DNA of 64,000 nt from the NCBI GenBank assembly GCA_000708835.1, contig DF237399.1, positions 12,177-76,176 on the forward strand, in the 5' to 3' direction. Under the pieces are notes generated by a model. That model was not told the DNA's origin. It was given only the letters and a program-made list of their open reading frames with translations, and did not search any database. The stretch is from Klebsormidium nitens. Lineage: Eukaryota > Plantae > Klebsormidiophyceae. The position numbers were made by a program, and so were the translations under genes. Position 1 is the stretch's first letter; every line of letters begins with the position of its first letter. Positions 25,004 to 38,700 of the stretch are shown here, piece after piece.

Positions 25004-26817
25004 CTATGCTTATATTGAGTTGTGCCATGTGCTGTTGTTGACTTAGCGTTGACTTAGAGTGGGGATGAGACGGCTGGAATTTCCTCCACCAACGGCAGTA
25101 GCTAGAATTGAGGCTAGCTTACCTTATTATGACTCACGTTCGGAAAGAGCCTTTTTATAGAGGGGACCATTTGTTGCGATGAAGCCGCAATCGACTCGAA
25201 ATCTGCGGCGTAGCGCGCGGCACATTCGTTACACGCGGAGCACTGCGTGGATCCCGACAGCAAACAGTCTTGAATTGTAAAGGGATGACGTTGAGGCACT
25301 TTCGAGCTGAGTATAGGAGCCTCGAAAGTGGCTGGAGTTGAGGTGCGGGCTGAAAAATGGATTCATAGCGATTTCCATCAGGCCGACTGTGAACTTTGAA
25401 GAATGACTAGATTCGTAATTGGCTAAATAAATTCAGAAAATGACAATTTGAGTTGAACAATTGGATTGTGAGATCAAGATTCTAGCCTTATAAGGCCGTC
25501 CTCGGCGACATAGGCCAAACACTTTTTAAGTTTGACCGTAAGTTTACTTCCATATGCTGCCTATGCAATAGGTCAGTGATTCAAACAAACTTCTCATGCT
25601 TTATGGTGGCATGCAGCCCGTCGAACAAAGTGCAGATGCATGGTGGACTCATACAATAATGATCGTTCGAGATTGCATGCAGTTTTGCCAGTTAATGCAC
25701 AGATGACAAATCACAGCATTAATTAGATCGATGGTGCCAGGTTTCCGGCTAGGGCGGCCGCATAGGGGGCCGGGCCGGACGGTATGTTTGTTTCAGCTGC
25801 AAATGTTTCATGCAATCATAATGTGTCCGATCGGATCAGATCGAACCAACTTGATATATCTACGATCGAAGCGGCTGACAGTCCGCACGTGGACGCGCCA
25901 CCGTACTGACCCACGAAAGGTAATACTTTCTGCTGCAATCATTGAATTCAGCGGGCCGCGCGCGCTGCGCTGCGGCGGCCTTGAGTTGGCATCATCACGC
26001 GGCTGTGTCTTTCCATGCAGCTTCATGGTCTCGACTTGCTCAAAGAATCGCGCGACTTGTTATCATTGAGTTAACGCCGCCGTGCGGAGGATGCTAAAGT
26101 GCAGCATGCTAAGTCATTATATGCAGCTGAAGCATTTGTGCAATATGACCATTCATACCGGGTGCATGCACTTAAAGAAAAACTTGAACGATTGTTCCAA
26201 GTTCATGCACTCTCTGACTCAGTGACGGATCAGGTCGTATTTCAGCCTATGCTTCACACATAGTACTCACGCATTGCGCGCCACACTTTAGAATGCACGT
26301 AAATGCGAACATTTTCGAAAGTTATTTGCTGCAAGAGGACTCCGTCCGAGACTGCCAGTGCCCGCAAATACATTGAAACAAGGGCGGAGCAAAAAGCAGA
26401 CTCAAGGACAACACACCCGAGAGACCCCGTTATCCGTTTCGAGATCTCGTTGCTCTGTGAAGGTTTCGACAAGGTGTTGATTTTGACGCGGCTCGTGCTG
26501 TCCTCCAAGTCAAAGCACGTCTTCTGGTCTTCTTTTGTAACACTTGCGACTTGCAAAAGCCGTGCCGCTTCCCTGAGTACGGTGAGTACGCTTCGTAAAC
26601 TTGAGCGTGTCCCCATGCGCTGGAAATTGCACATTTTGCTGTGACCTGTTGCCATCCTCTCACCCGATGAGCGACACATCGCTCCCTACTTGACCTGCTC
26701 TCGAGCAGCGCCTTGATGACCATCCAGCACAGTCGGTCGATAATCAAAGTCAAACCAGGTGCGCTGATGAGAACACTAGATCCGGGACACGGAGCCTTTT
26801 TGCAGAGCCTGGGCCTG

Positions 26818-29800
26818 CTAGTCTACCCGCACGTCGCTCCTGCAGAACGACAAGCAAAATCCATCAGCGCTGGGTTGACAAGTTCTTGAATTCAGTCGCA
26901 ACGATGAACTGGACCCGGGCAGGATAACCAACAGTTGCAAATTGCTTCCTCTCTTCTGACCAGAGTTTTTGAATCCAGGTCGTTTGAATCCTCCTTGGAG
27001 CAATGAACGAGCTCCACAAACGGCGCCTTGATTGCGAGACACAAAGATCAACAGAAAAACACATCGAGCTTCGCCGGGTGCTGCTTGTGCATCTTTCAGG
27101 GAGCTTTTAAGCGACACCGGAAAAGGATGGAGGAGAAGTAGGCGACGGGAAAAAGGAGGGATTCGGAGAACCGTCCCTAACCATGCCGGAGCAGCTTGTG
27201 CATGTCCTAGTAGCCTTTCAAATGGCATTGGTAATTTATCAGAGAAGGTTTGCAGAGACAAATGCAGAAGAAAACTAACGGACAAAGAAGACAAGGAGGG
27301 AAGAGCGACGAAGTCAAAGAAACGCTCACACCTTTGTCGGTGCTGCTTGTGCATGTCCCAGTAAACCTGCCGCGTGAGCCGCACACACAAGAGATCAAGC
27401 AAAGAAACTCTCCCGACAAGAAGGGAAGGAAAAGAAAACCAAGAAGAGAGAAAGGGAGGGAGACGGGAAGAACAGAAGGAGCTTTCGTGCCTTTGCCGGT
27501 GCTGCTTGTGCATGTGCCAGTAGACCTGCCGCGTCAGCCGCACACACAAGAGATCAAGCAATGAGACTAACCCAACAAACGGGGAAGGAAGAGAAACCCA
27601 GAGAAGAAAAAGGTAGAGAGAAGGAAGAAAAAAGGAGGGTCGTTCGTACCTTTGCCGGTGCTGCTTGTGCATGTCCCAGTAAACCTGCCGCGTCAGCCGC
27701 ACGAGCCGCAGGCACAGCAGCACGCCCACGCCGCAGATGCCTGCCATAATGAAAAACGTCATGCGGAAGCAGTCGGGCCCAATGCACGTCTGGTCGTCGA
27801 CGTGCGTGCGCCCATAGAACCCGCGCGCGATCATCCTGGTGAGCGTCTTTTGCGACTTCGCAATCTCCTTGTCGTAGAAGTAGCCCGCGAGCTTGACGGA
27901 GCACAGGTACGAACCGATGGTGGACGAGATGCTGCAAGGGGAGAATGGGAAATTAGCGTTCGAGGCTCTACGTTTTGAGACGCAAAATTTCAGGTGTTCG
28001 ATATCCGGATTCTTGCATCTTCGGGTATACGCGTTTGTGGCTGAACAACTTCCTTGTCGTAACAGTAACCCACGAGCTTCGCAAGGGGAGGTACAATCAA
28101 GGATGGACGAGATGCTGGAAGGACGCAACCACGTTTTCGGCTTTCAATTTTCAAGATTTGCAGGTCAGGATCGCAGGGCTTCATAGGCAGCCTCTGACAA
28201 TCACTTGTAAGCCTTTTTGTCTAAGCTAAGGATCTTATTCCTTGAAAGACCCCAAAAGGTTGAGAAAGCGCTGATACAATAGGATGAAGGAGAGGATGCA
28301 GCAAAAGTGGGGACTCAAATCTCTAAAGTCTTTCAATATTTACAGCATAAACGGCCAAGTTCCATATGGCAGAATCCTTGTTCTGAGCTTGAGAATCAAG
28401 TTGCTGACAGTATGAAGTGAGAAGCGATAATATGACTTTAGCAGTCTCGACTACAGAGCTTGGGTCGTCGGTATTCTCGTAGCACTCTCGTATCAAAATC
28501 AGAGTCAGGGCACGGGCGTCTGGTGTACCCGACGTGATCAATGCTGAACGTGAACGAAGATATTGTGACACGTGATCTGTTGCCCAGCACTTACACTGTT
28601 AGGCTCGACAGGGCCTTTTAAACGAGGCAAACGGCGGGCTGCTTACCCCTCTTTGTGTCATTCCACAAATATCATTGTCTTCTGGCAACAAAAAAGGGAT
28701 TTGCCGCTTACCTGAGCGTGTTGTAGATGCCCCCGAAGTGCTCCAACCCGAACAGCTCCGACGCCGTCGCAACCATGATGGACCAGTGCGCGCCGTGCGA
28801 GAGGCCAACCACAACGGAGCCCAGGTAAAGCATGGGGATCTGAGAGGACGCAAATAGCAGGTGCGCCACAGCCATAGCCACCAAGACCACCATCAGAAAC
28901 AGCGGCCGGGGGACTGCCCGGTGCTTCACGTACTGTTCCGAAATGTACCTGCGGGGAAAGGGAGGAGAGAATGGTATTTGGCGTAGAGACGAATCCGACA
29001 AGAGTATCAGTCTGGCGCTGACAGAAGCAAGAACCGGGAAGCCAGTAATGCTTTTCGAAGTCATTCCGGTGAAAGCGAACTTGGTTGGGAACTCGGAGTA
29101 CTCCTTAGCGGCTAGGGAAGTTATGCCATCAGCGCATGGGCGCATGAGCAGTTTGTTTTCGGAAAACAGCAGATTGATATATGCTGTTCTCCGAGAGCCT
29201 GTCGGGAAGGTCTTTGGACTGACGCTCTGTTGAGGCGCGCCGACCAACAAAGATCCAATCCCCAAATACTGAACTAAACACCCTCCGTTCAACCTAGCGT
29301 TCAGAGGACGAGCCAGATAACCGAAACTTTCAGATGAGCCTCCAAGAGTAAATAAAAAAAAAGACGCGAAACCTACCCTGCCCCCATTCTCCCCAGGAAG
29401 TTCCACACGCTAACTAACGACACGAAGGCGTCCACGCTGTCGGAGCCCAGCGCCTCCGCCATCTGGGCCAGGTTATTGATGGCGCATAGGCCTGACCCGG
29501 TCCCGCAACCCATGGCGATGAAGAGTAACCTGCAGAAAGGACACCATTCTGCTCAGAGCGGATCCGTTGCTTCCCCTGATTCTGAAACTATAGGTATGAG
29601 ATTATCCCTCTTGCAATTCAGTGGGCGTGTGTGGAGACGAGAGACCTTCGAGCCGTCCAGCGATGATCCACGATTGCTGCGGGTCAAGAGATGTATCCCC
29701 CTTGACTTTTGCATGGTCAGGATTCTGAAGGGCCGAACAAGAAAATCATACTCGTTTCCTAAGGTGGTTTGGCTGTTTCTCGTCATGTGGTATTCCTTCA

Positions 29801-32800
29801 AAGTCGGAAGGGACTTTTTTAATCTGTCCCAGCCTAGAGGACGTTTGCATAAGGAATACTTCGTCCAGCTTGAGAAGCCTGTACAAGGGGATGCTTACCA
29901 ATACTCTTCCGTTTTGCAGGCTTGTAGAAGCGTGAAGTCTTGACCTATCCGTGGGGGCGCTTTCAGCTTTGACGGGGTTTCTAACACATCTTTATTCTGG
30001 ATGGTGATCGCTAGATCGCTCGAGGGACTCTCGCGGAACGTGGTGGCCTTGAAAATCGGGGTGGAGGGGCTGGACTCGGCGCCAGGTTTGGTGGGCGACA
30101 GGGACCGTTCAATGGGGCGGTTCCCGAGTACCGACAGGAGCTGCATCCGAAGGAATAAAAGTTCAGAAGTGGGTACAAATAGTGACGGAGCCGGCCCCTA
30201 AGAAGAGCAAGGCTTTGAATAAGCATGGGTTCCAAGATGGTGGGACTTAGAGATACTCGGACAGTACCGTTACATGGCTGGAGATGCTTGAAAGATTCTG
30301 AAGGAAGCCTCACACTGAGAACATTGTTTGTGCGATACGGTATGCAAAACAGGTGGTCTCTACCCATAAAGAGGGGCGGCTTTGTTCGTAACCAATCAGT
30401 TCGTGGCTGAGCCGCTGATCTGTTGCCAATTTAATTCGACAAACTCTTCTGAGTGAAGACTATGGACGAGAGATGTTCGTTCTCTGAAAAGGTAATCTCA
30501 GTGTGCTACATCATTCTGCTAATCTTGGCAAAAACACGGCAAAGAGTATCGTTTCGTAAAAGCTGCATCAGGAATGTTTCAAAGGACGACGTTCTGCCGG
30601 AAGCAGAATAGCTGAAACGTTTGAGCTTGCCCGACGCGCCCTTTGCTCGACAACTGTAACGTGGTTTACGATCCAGTTTGACAGAACCGGAACAGTTGAA
30701 ACTAGGAAAAGACAACCCTGATAATTAACAGTGGGATGCAGATAGATAAAGGCCAACAGGAAGGTGAACGCGGCATTCGGTAGGTGCACGGGTTTGAATA
30801 CTTCTGGAGCATGACGGTTTCGTCCGTTCAACAGGTCACGATGCGCGGAGGAACTTACGGGTATGGCCAGTGGAGCCACTAGGAGCACCAGCATCGCCAG
30901 CATGAACCAGAAGCTGGTCCGTGCGGTTACTTCGAACCAATCCTGCACCGTCGAACGAGAGGAATGAGGGGCAAAAACCGATCCAGACTGGGGGTTAGCA
31001 GCATCAAGCCACAGAGCTCGGATTCGATGATACGGATTCATCCGAAACAGAGGCGGAGATACTTGTTAACGGCGAAGACATCTGGACGGCTTGCTCACGA
31101 GGCTAGGACAAAACGGAGTCAACTAAAGTGATTGCCTCAAGGATCGGTTTGAGATCTGCTGCAAAATCATCAGCATACAATCCTCAACAGCCACCAAACG
31201 ATAAGTGCTGCGTTGAGCACTTTCAAAGACAAAAGAAGTATTTCCATTGCGCAAGGAGTCATGTTGCGAAGGGCAACGACTTACTTGTACCAGAATGACT
31301 ACCAGAAGATATGCGGCTAAGAAGAAACCAAGGCCCTGCAGATGGGAGCACAAGAGATAAGCCTTCCAGATGTCAATGACTGCATGTAAGCAGACCATCA
31401 CGCTTCACGTAGACAAAACTGGAGCCAAACACAGGTTCACTTTATGTGCTGCGGATCGAGTGAGAACCGTACAATAGCGTTGAGAAAAGCAGCCAGCTGA
31501 TTGAGCGTACCCATTGAGACTCTGGTGAACTCCGTACATCATGCTGACACTTCGCGATCCCCTTTTCAATCTCAGATTAGATTCTCTTGCGTCACAGACG
31601 TCTAGAAAGCGGAATGTGTCCAGCTTGGTGTGCATTTGTCGGTGTACTCACATACGACAGCATGAAGCTTCGACGGTCTCCCTCTTCTCTTCCTTTCGCA
31701 GCTTCCACTGGTCGAACCAAGAACATGACTGAGAGGGCGACTAAGGATGGAAGAATGGCGGCAAGGAACAAAAACGATTCCTCGACAGGGGCGTAGAGAG
31801 CCAGGTAAAACTGGAGACGAAGAAAAAACAGGTCAGGTTAAGGCCGGTTAACAATAATGTGAGAGGTACCACAGTAAAGCAGGTGACTTATCAAAGAATC
31901 GTGCCTTTAACGTGAACGGGGCTTGTGCTGTGCAACGCGTGCTCTGCGCTGTTTGTCAGGTAAAGAACACGTACAACCGTATTTGGCCGACTCTCGACCC
32001 TGCAGGACTCTACAATACGCACAACCATAACACTGGCATGTTATGATTGGATAAAGGAGCAGAGTAGAGATGCAGCACCAACGCTTTTGCTTTGCAGAAA
32101 CAAACCGGGCTTTCAAGGCAACACATCCTTTACCAACTTCGTAAGAGACCGAATGACAATCTCAGACCTCCAGGAACAGAGTCGCGCTTCAGGAACAGAA
32201 AGACAAGCAACCTACTTATGGGCTTAAAGTGTCTCCTCGATCAGAGCCGATGTCTTACCTGCGTGAACACGGCCCCGCTGAGTCCTATTACTCCTACCAG
32301 GAGTCCCACCACGACCCCTCGATCCGTAGGAAAGTTTTTCATACTGGAAGCAAGGAAATGGCGATTGGAACAATCTTATTGCTGTTGCAGACAGCTCCAC
32401 AAGATGAAGTTTCTGCAACCGCCTTGCAAAATGCTGATTATAGATCCATTCGTCAGATGCCAGACAAGCTTTGGAGCACGACTTACTCCTGATTGCAGCA
32501 AAGACCAACAATCAGTAAGCAGGATTCTCCTGTGACTGCAAGTTTGATCATCTTACCAGGTCACAAGAACGGCTGTGTTAAACCACGTCGAACCATTCGT
32601 TCCCACACAAATATATGTACACATCTGCATGTCAATTTAAGAGGCTCATTTTCTCGCTGTTAGGGAGACGGGTCCAAACCAGGTCACCTGCCTTTGGCTC
32701 CTCTGCAATGCGCTGAACTTGCTATATCTTTAATCGAAGCTGGTGAATTCTGAGATGCTGATTTAGAGCTGCCGGACAGTCGGACACTGGTTTCAACAAA

Positions 32801-33976
32801 GTGGATCCAAGTACTCTAAGAGATTGGTCAGGCGGCCGTAAACACGTACCTGCCAGTAGGTCGGAGCTATCTTTTTGGTTACGCTGAGCCACAACTGCAG
32901 GAGAACAAGCGCCGGTATAAGAGCAGCCCTCAGCTTGTAACCAGAACCACAGGTCGAGAACCACACTTAGCATTGAAGTGCCCCTTCCAACCATGAACAC
33001 ATCTCAAAGCAAGTAACTTCAAAGCAGACTTGTAGCAGGTGAATTCTGCACACTGATAGCATTTGCAGTGACATGTACTCACCATTGAATACCCGAATGT
33101 ATTCAAGACGGCACCTATCAGAATGATTGCCCATGGTGGTAGAAGGTTGTACAAAACTCCACTAAGAAGGCCAACGTTACCCCCAATGTCTTTGGCTGCA
33201 CAGCGTTGAATCAGTAGATTCTTTCATCTGTCAAGGTGTTGCTACTTTGAAAAGGATATGGTCGGCACAACCGAGGACCTCGATGTGACATATAGTGACT
33301 CTCAGACTCCGCATATGGTCCAGGAGTCAGTTGGTTGATTGGCAGCCTGCAACTTGATCACTTGGCTTCTGCTGACTCTCTCGTTGAGCTTTCTTTCAGC
33401 AGCAGATTCGAGCAAATGGCCATAGCCCCTTATGGATCCATCTCTTCATCAACTGCTAGTTTCATCTCAACCACTCAATCTCTCAGATGGCTGTTGATAA
33501 TAATGGAACAGTAAGGCTTGGTTGGGAAGATCTCGTACCTGTCCCCAGTCCATCAATCTCCTCTTGATTGTAATGCAGCTTGTGCTTTATACTCCCAGAG
33601 TACAAAGAGAAGACATAAGATATGCCACCACATGCCTGCACAAGCGATTGCACTGTACTCACAGGCACGCCCTATGCTGCTGCCGTACTACAAACCATAA
33701 GCAGAAACTTCCAATGTTTATAAAGGAACTGCACAAAAGTTTGAGCTACTGCATGCCACAGGAAAAAAAGGTGATGCCACCATGCTGTTCTCAGAGTGCC
33801 AACGCACCCAATAGTCTGAAGCAGTGTCTATTATTGACGTACTCTGGAAACTTACTTCAATTGATCATGCTTTATAGCTCTTCACTTGGTCGAATCGATC
33901 GACAACTCACCTGTATCCACATCCCTACAACCAGGCCGAGCCACTTGTCCTCCCAGACCTCTTGCAACCACCCCAT
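26818..33976 (-). CDS. Nodulin-like / NFD4-family MFS transporter
   Basis: Minus-strand exons 33976-33911, 33635-33539, 33195-33083, 32894-32850, 32624-32557, 32343-32259, 31810-31652, 31335-31285, 30942-30859, 30140-29899 (start approximate), 29529-29377, 28948-28712, 27931-27650, 26839-26818. Motifs: KWLGLVVGMWIQAC, AKDIGGNVG, GTNGSTWFNTAVLVTCMKNFP, RIGQDFTLLQA, WNFLGR, SELFGLEHFG, CIGPDCFRMTF. Confidence 0.93.
27060..27560 (-). repeat. Echoes of the MFS penultimate exon 3' end plus donor (159-bp in-frame units, then two degenerate copies)
   Basis: VRLTRQVYWDMHKQHRQR copies end at 27491 (donor gcacga) and 27332 (donor gtgtga), spaced exactly 159 bp from the real donor at 27650. Fainter copies lie near 27185-27215 and 27065-27090. 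Confidence 0.92.
28050..28125 (-). repeat. Echo of acceptor plus the 5' part of the MFS penultimate exon
   Basis: cttccttgtcgtaacagtaacccacgagc...ggatggacgagatgctgga parallels ctccttgtcgtagaagtagcccgcgagc...ggtggacgagatgctgca at 27865-27935. Confidence 0.75.
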
Positions 33977-35729
33977 TGTTACTCAAACTCAGAGGCAGCC
34001 ACAACTGTCTACTCCTCGATAGGCTTCTCAGTGGGTTTCAAAGACTGCCAATCAAGGTGTCCTCTCATGCTGTCAGAAGGCGCCACCTATAGTTGCTTGG
34101 ATGACTACACTCATTGAGCGGGCGGCTCATTGCACTGGAGGATGGGAGCATGGGATGCCACCACTCCGTGTTGATATGCAATTGAGTTGGTCTTGCAAGC
34201 CTTCAAATCAGTTGAAATCCATAAAGATCTAACTGTTTTGCACTTTTGCCTTCCCTCCACTGTTTGTTGAACTCATTGAAAACCAGCTTTCAAAAGAAGT
34301 TGGATTCCCCACAGCACTTGTCGAAAGGTCTCGTTGAAACAGCTTGGCGGTTGATATTTCAGACTCTGTGTGGCAGGTGCACAACTATCACTTGGAGGCC
34401 ATCAGTGTGGCTTTCACATTTTGTTCACAACTCAAATGCCCCTCCAACGGATGCTCATGCTGAAGCTACTTGAAAAAGTCCAGATCTTCAAAGAGACGAT
34501 CTGCTGATCCAGCTGACATTCAGACTTGGACTATTGGCTCTTGGAATGCTGCCTTGAGAACAGAGTAGACTGCCCTCTGAAGCTGGCAACTTCCCGCTGC
34601 CCCGCTTTGGTATTTTGGGGGTGGACTCGGCGCTTTGCTTGGGGGCGGAATGCTCTCGCTATGCAAGTGAAAGGTGCAACCGAATCCCAGCACCGAGCTG
34701 CACCGCATTTGCCACCAACAATGGTGCACGGGACGTTGCTGCACCGAGGCAGAGCCTTGGATAAAAGAAGCCTTGCAGAAGCTGCACCGTGAAGAGCTGA
34801 AGATGTGCAGATTGCATGTCCAGCGATTGCCCAGCTAGCAGGTGTACCGTGACGGTGTAGCCGCACTCTCTCACTCCTTGCAAGGAGCATAGCCATGAAT
34901 GACGTTCAACAAAATGGAAAATGGCGCACTGTCGACATAATTTACCTTCCTTGAGACTTGAGTGACTGACGGGAGTTCTCGAATGAGGCCACGTGTTCTG
35001 GTTCTATCGATCCACATGCTCCAGATCAACGGCCAGGATCTTTTAAGCAGTCCTAGCAGCATTTGGAGAGTGTGTTAACACCAGCTTGAGAATTCCTTAT
35101 TGCCCGAATTTGCGCGCTGTCTCGCCAATTGCTTACGTCATAATTGCTGACAGCCGGCCACGGTGGAAATTCGCATATACGTCCTAAGCAGACACTACCG
35201 CAATTTGTAACATCCACGGTAATTTGGCTGTTTTCGACGACACTTACAGAACATTTCCAAGACTTGCCATCACACCAGATTCGTTGCAAATCAGGATGTC
35301 TTTGCTGCAATATTGCTGCAACTCCGCTGCAATTTGCAAACGGCAGGACTTGAGAAATAGAGAGAAGCACAAGTTGAACACAACTGTACACTGTACAGGT
35401 GTCAGCGGCTGAGCTGGCTGGGGCTCCAGCTTCAAGGTTGCTGATCTGGCGCGAGGCAGCCGTGGGCAGTGGCGCAAAGGCACCATTGCCGCTGGCACCT
35501 TCGTTGGAGAGGCGCACCAGTTTCTTCCGGGGTGGCAGAAGAGCAAAGCTGGTGGTGGTTCCTCAGAGTTGATCTTGCATGGGAGAAGATTCCATCAAGG
35601 GTGCCACTGGTTGTCGAGGCTTGAAAATCGCACGTGTCAGTGTTGTGGACGACGTGCTGGTACAGCTTTTGAATCCGAACTGACACTTCGTGTTGGTGTT
35701 TCCCTTGAAGCGCCCCAACCGAATTTGAG

Positions 35730-38700
35730 ATGCCTTACATAGGCAGACATGGGTTGGAAACCCTGAAGCGGTACAAATACAGTGGTGTCGATAATTCCCC
35801 TCTGGCGAAGTATGTTTTCCAACCCTTTTGGCGGAAATTCGTCCTCCTTTTCCCAACGTGGTATGCGTAAGTTGCCCAACCCACAAGTTCAACCAGATTC
35901 TATTCTACCTTCTGCTTATTGCAAATCATGTCTCCTTGTCTCATTGGAATCCTTTTTCTCGACGAATTAGCTCGCCCTATTTGATGCTTCTGGATCTGTT
36001 TAAAGAGCCTCTGTGTCATTTGACTGCTCCTATCGTGTGGCTATGATGTTGACCACTACAGGTGCGCAATGAGTGAGTGGTGTAGTGATTTCTGAAAAAC
36101 TGCTGCTCAGCTGCAACTATGTACTGACTATTTTCTTTGTTGTCTTGCATCGTCTTTCTCCAGACCAAACCTGGTAAGTGCTGACAGCAGATCTCTGCTG
36201 TGGAGTGATTGGTGCAATGTCCCTGTTGTTGTCCAGTGCACTGCCTTGTTAGATCCATTCATTTCATGTGCATCAAGTGACGCATTTCGCTGCTGCTCCC
36301 TTCAGCTTTTCAAGTGACCTCCTCTATTGTTTGTGCAGATCACCCTGACCGGCTTCTTCTTCATTCTCCTCTCAAGTACAATCAGCTATGTAAGTACCGA
36401 TCGCTGCTACCGACTTGCCGTCCAGAGATGATAAGGAAGTCTGGGCCGTCTCAATCCCAGGGGCCCAATGCTTTCTGCTCTGAACTTAGTGTCCTCCTAA
36501 GCAGCAGTTATGAGCACTCGGCAGGTTCTGGTCAAAATGATGTTCCTTTGTCGAGGAGGGGAATCTCCAATGATCCAGTTGCTCTGCTGCTGAGGACATG
36601 GAGTATGCATGCATTGCATTGCGCGAATCCAACGCGAATGCAAAGCAGATTGAAGGGAGTAAAAGAATGAAGACGAACTTTTGCTGTATCTACCGTGAGC
36701 AATTAACGGCGACAAAACGAAAGATTGGAAGTGGAGTAGCTTGGGGTTTATTCAAAGCTGATTCAACGACATTCTGTTCCCTGCAGTTTTATACCCCATT
36801 CCTGGACAACACTTGCCCTTGGTACATCTACTTCATCCATGGCCTTCTCCTCTTTCTCTACCAGGTAAAAGCTGATCTGAGATATCATCTGCCCAAGTAT
36901 TATCCTGTGAAAACTGAAAACTGAAAACTGAAAGCCAACTGATTAGTTTTGGGAGGACGCTGGACCTTCAGCCCAGATCTTAGTTTCTGTCATTGGGCGT
37001 CAAATAGTTTGGTGGACATTTGATCAGATGGTTACCGGAAGGAAAATTAGTTCAGCTGGAGCCATGCATTTTGGCGACCGGCTTGAACATTTGTTGCTTA
37101 AGGAGGCCGCGTCCTGGAGGGTCTGGTCAGGTAGTCACACTGTTTGTGAAAACTACAGTCACTCTGCTTTGTAGACTATCAGCACAGTCTCCTGCGACAA
37201 AGGGCGGTACTTGTTCTCGTCAGTCATGTAACCTCGGGGCGCTTCTGCCAGAAGCACTCCGTCTTCAAAACCTGAAAGGTCGTTGTTTCAGCTGACCTGT
37301 AATTGCAGTCGTTTTGACGGCCAGCATCGTGGTCCTTTCTTCAAACATTCGATACTGTTGGTTCAAGTGACCCTCAATGGTTTCGACCATCTCCGAGTGA
37401 CGCGATTGGCCCCTGTGCTTCCAACCATCTCTAAGGCCAGCGTTTTGCCCCTCGCTTGCAGACATTTGACGCTGTTGATGGCAAGCAGGCGCGGCGAACC
37501 AATTCCTCGAGTCCGCTCGGGGAGCTGTTTGACCACGGCTGTGACGCGCTCACAACCTCAGTGAGTGGCGCTCGGAAATCATCCCACCAGTCCGAGTCAT
37601 CTTCCTCGTCTTCCATCGTTTCGTTTTGTCCTGTTCTTTAGATACTGATAGCGGCATTGGTGTGATTTGTTGCAAGAACTACGAATTATTAGTTGATGTC
37701 TATTCTTTCTGTACTGGAATGCATTCATCTCAAAGATTCGACCCTCGATGTCGTCAAAAGTCCGTTGCAAGGAGGCCTTTCCGTTTCGGGTGTACCTTTT
37801 GAGAAGTTCGTCGGAAGCTCCTGAAAGTTGCGACTTTACAACAAACGCCGGCCATGTTTGCTTGACTCTCGTGCATGGGTCAAGGCATGACGCTGGCAAC
37901 TTTGAACTTCCTAGTGCAGCAGCTTAGATTCACATGACAAGCGCCTGGCAAGACTTGACAGTCATGAGATTGATTGCACGAACTTACTCCTGTCTTCTTT
38001 CATGTGTTCAGTTTGAGACGCTGGCTCTGGGGTCCACCGTCATGATTGGAAACAAGGTCATGTGGCTCTGGGCAACCGGCGTAGTCCCATTCTACTTCGC
38101 CACCTGGGAGCAGTAAGTTGGCTTTCTGCCCATTCTCTAGTTGCGCCACCTGCTTGTCACGAGCTTACCTGAGAAGCACATTCTAAGGCGTGCTTCCTAC
38201 ACGTTTCAATTGATGGAGCGTTGGCTGTGAGGAGAAAAGTGCGAATGTTATGTCATAGGGATAGCTTGTATTCAGTGGAGATAAGGAAAAGGTGTTGCAC
38301 CCTGCATCAGACTCGTGACCCTGAGGAGTTTGCAAACATACATATAGTCTATCAGATCTCAACGACTAGATTATCTCGTATTGTGTTAAGCAAAGAGTGA
38401 CCGAATGCCGTTCGAAAATTGCCCCCTTTGGGAGTGCGATGTGGGACTTCGTCAGATAGCAGTGATTGGCGGCTCCGTGAGAGCTGATTTTGCTACGAAT
38501 TTAGAAGAATCTGGACAGCCCTTCTCTGACAGCACTGCCTTTACTTCTGGTTGAGTACGCTCAGTCCGAGCAGAATCATACTGATCCCAATACTTGAAAC
38601 CAAGTTAGAAACGGGAAACGAGGGTAGTCCACCTCGTTTCCTTTCACACTTACTCTTATTTCCAATATTCGTGCAACATAGAGCGTTTGGTTATAGTGCC

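Noticed and set aside
34000-35700. Candidate gene between divergent MFS and AAPT
   Set aside because: The ORFs lack recognisable homology. The region is adequately explained as 5' UTRs/introns and a shared promoter.
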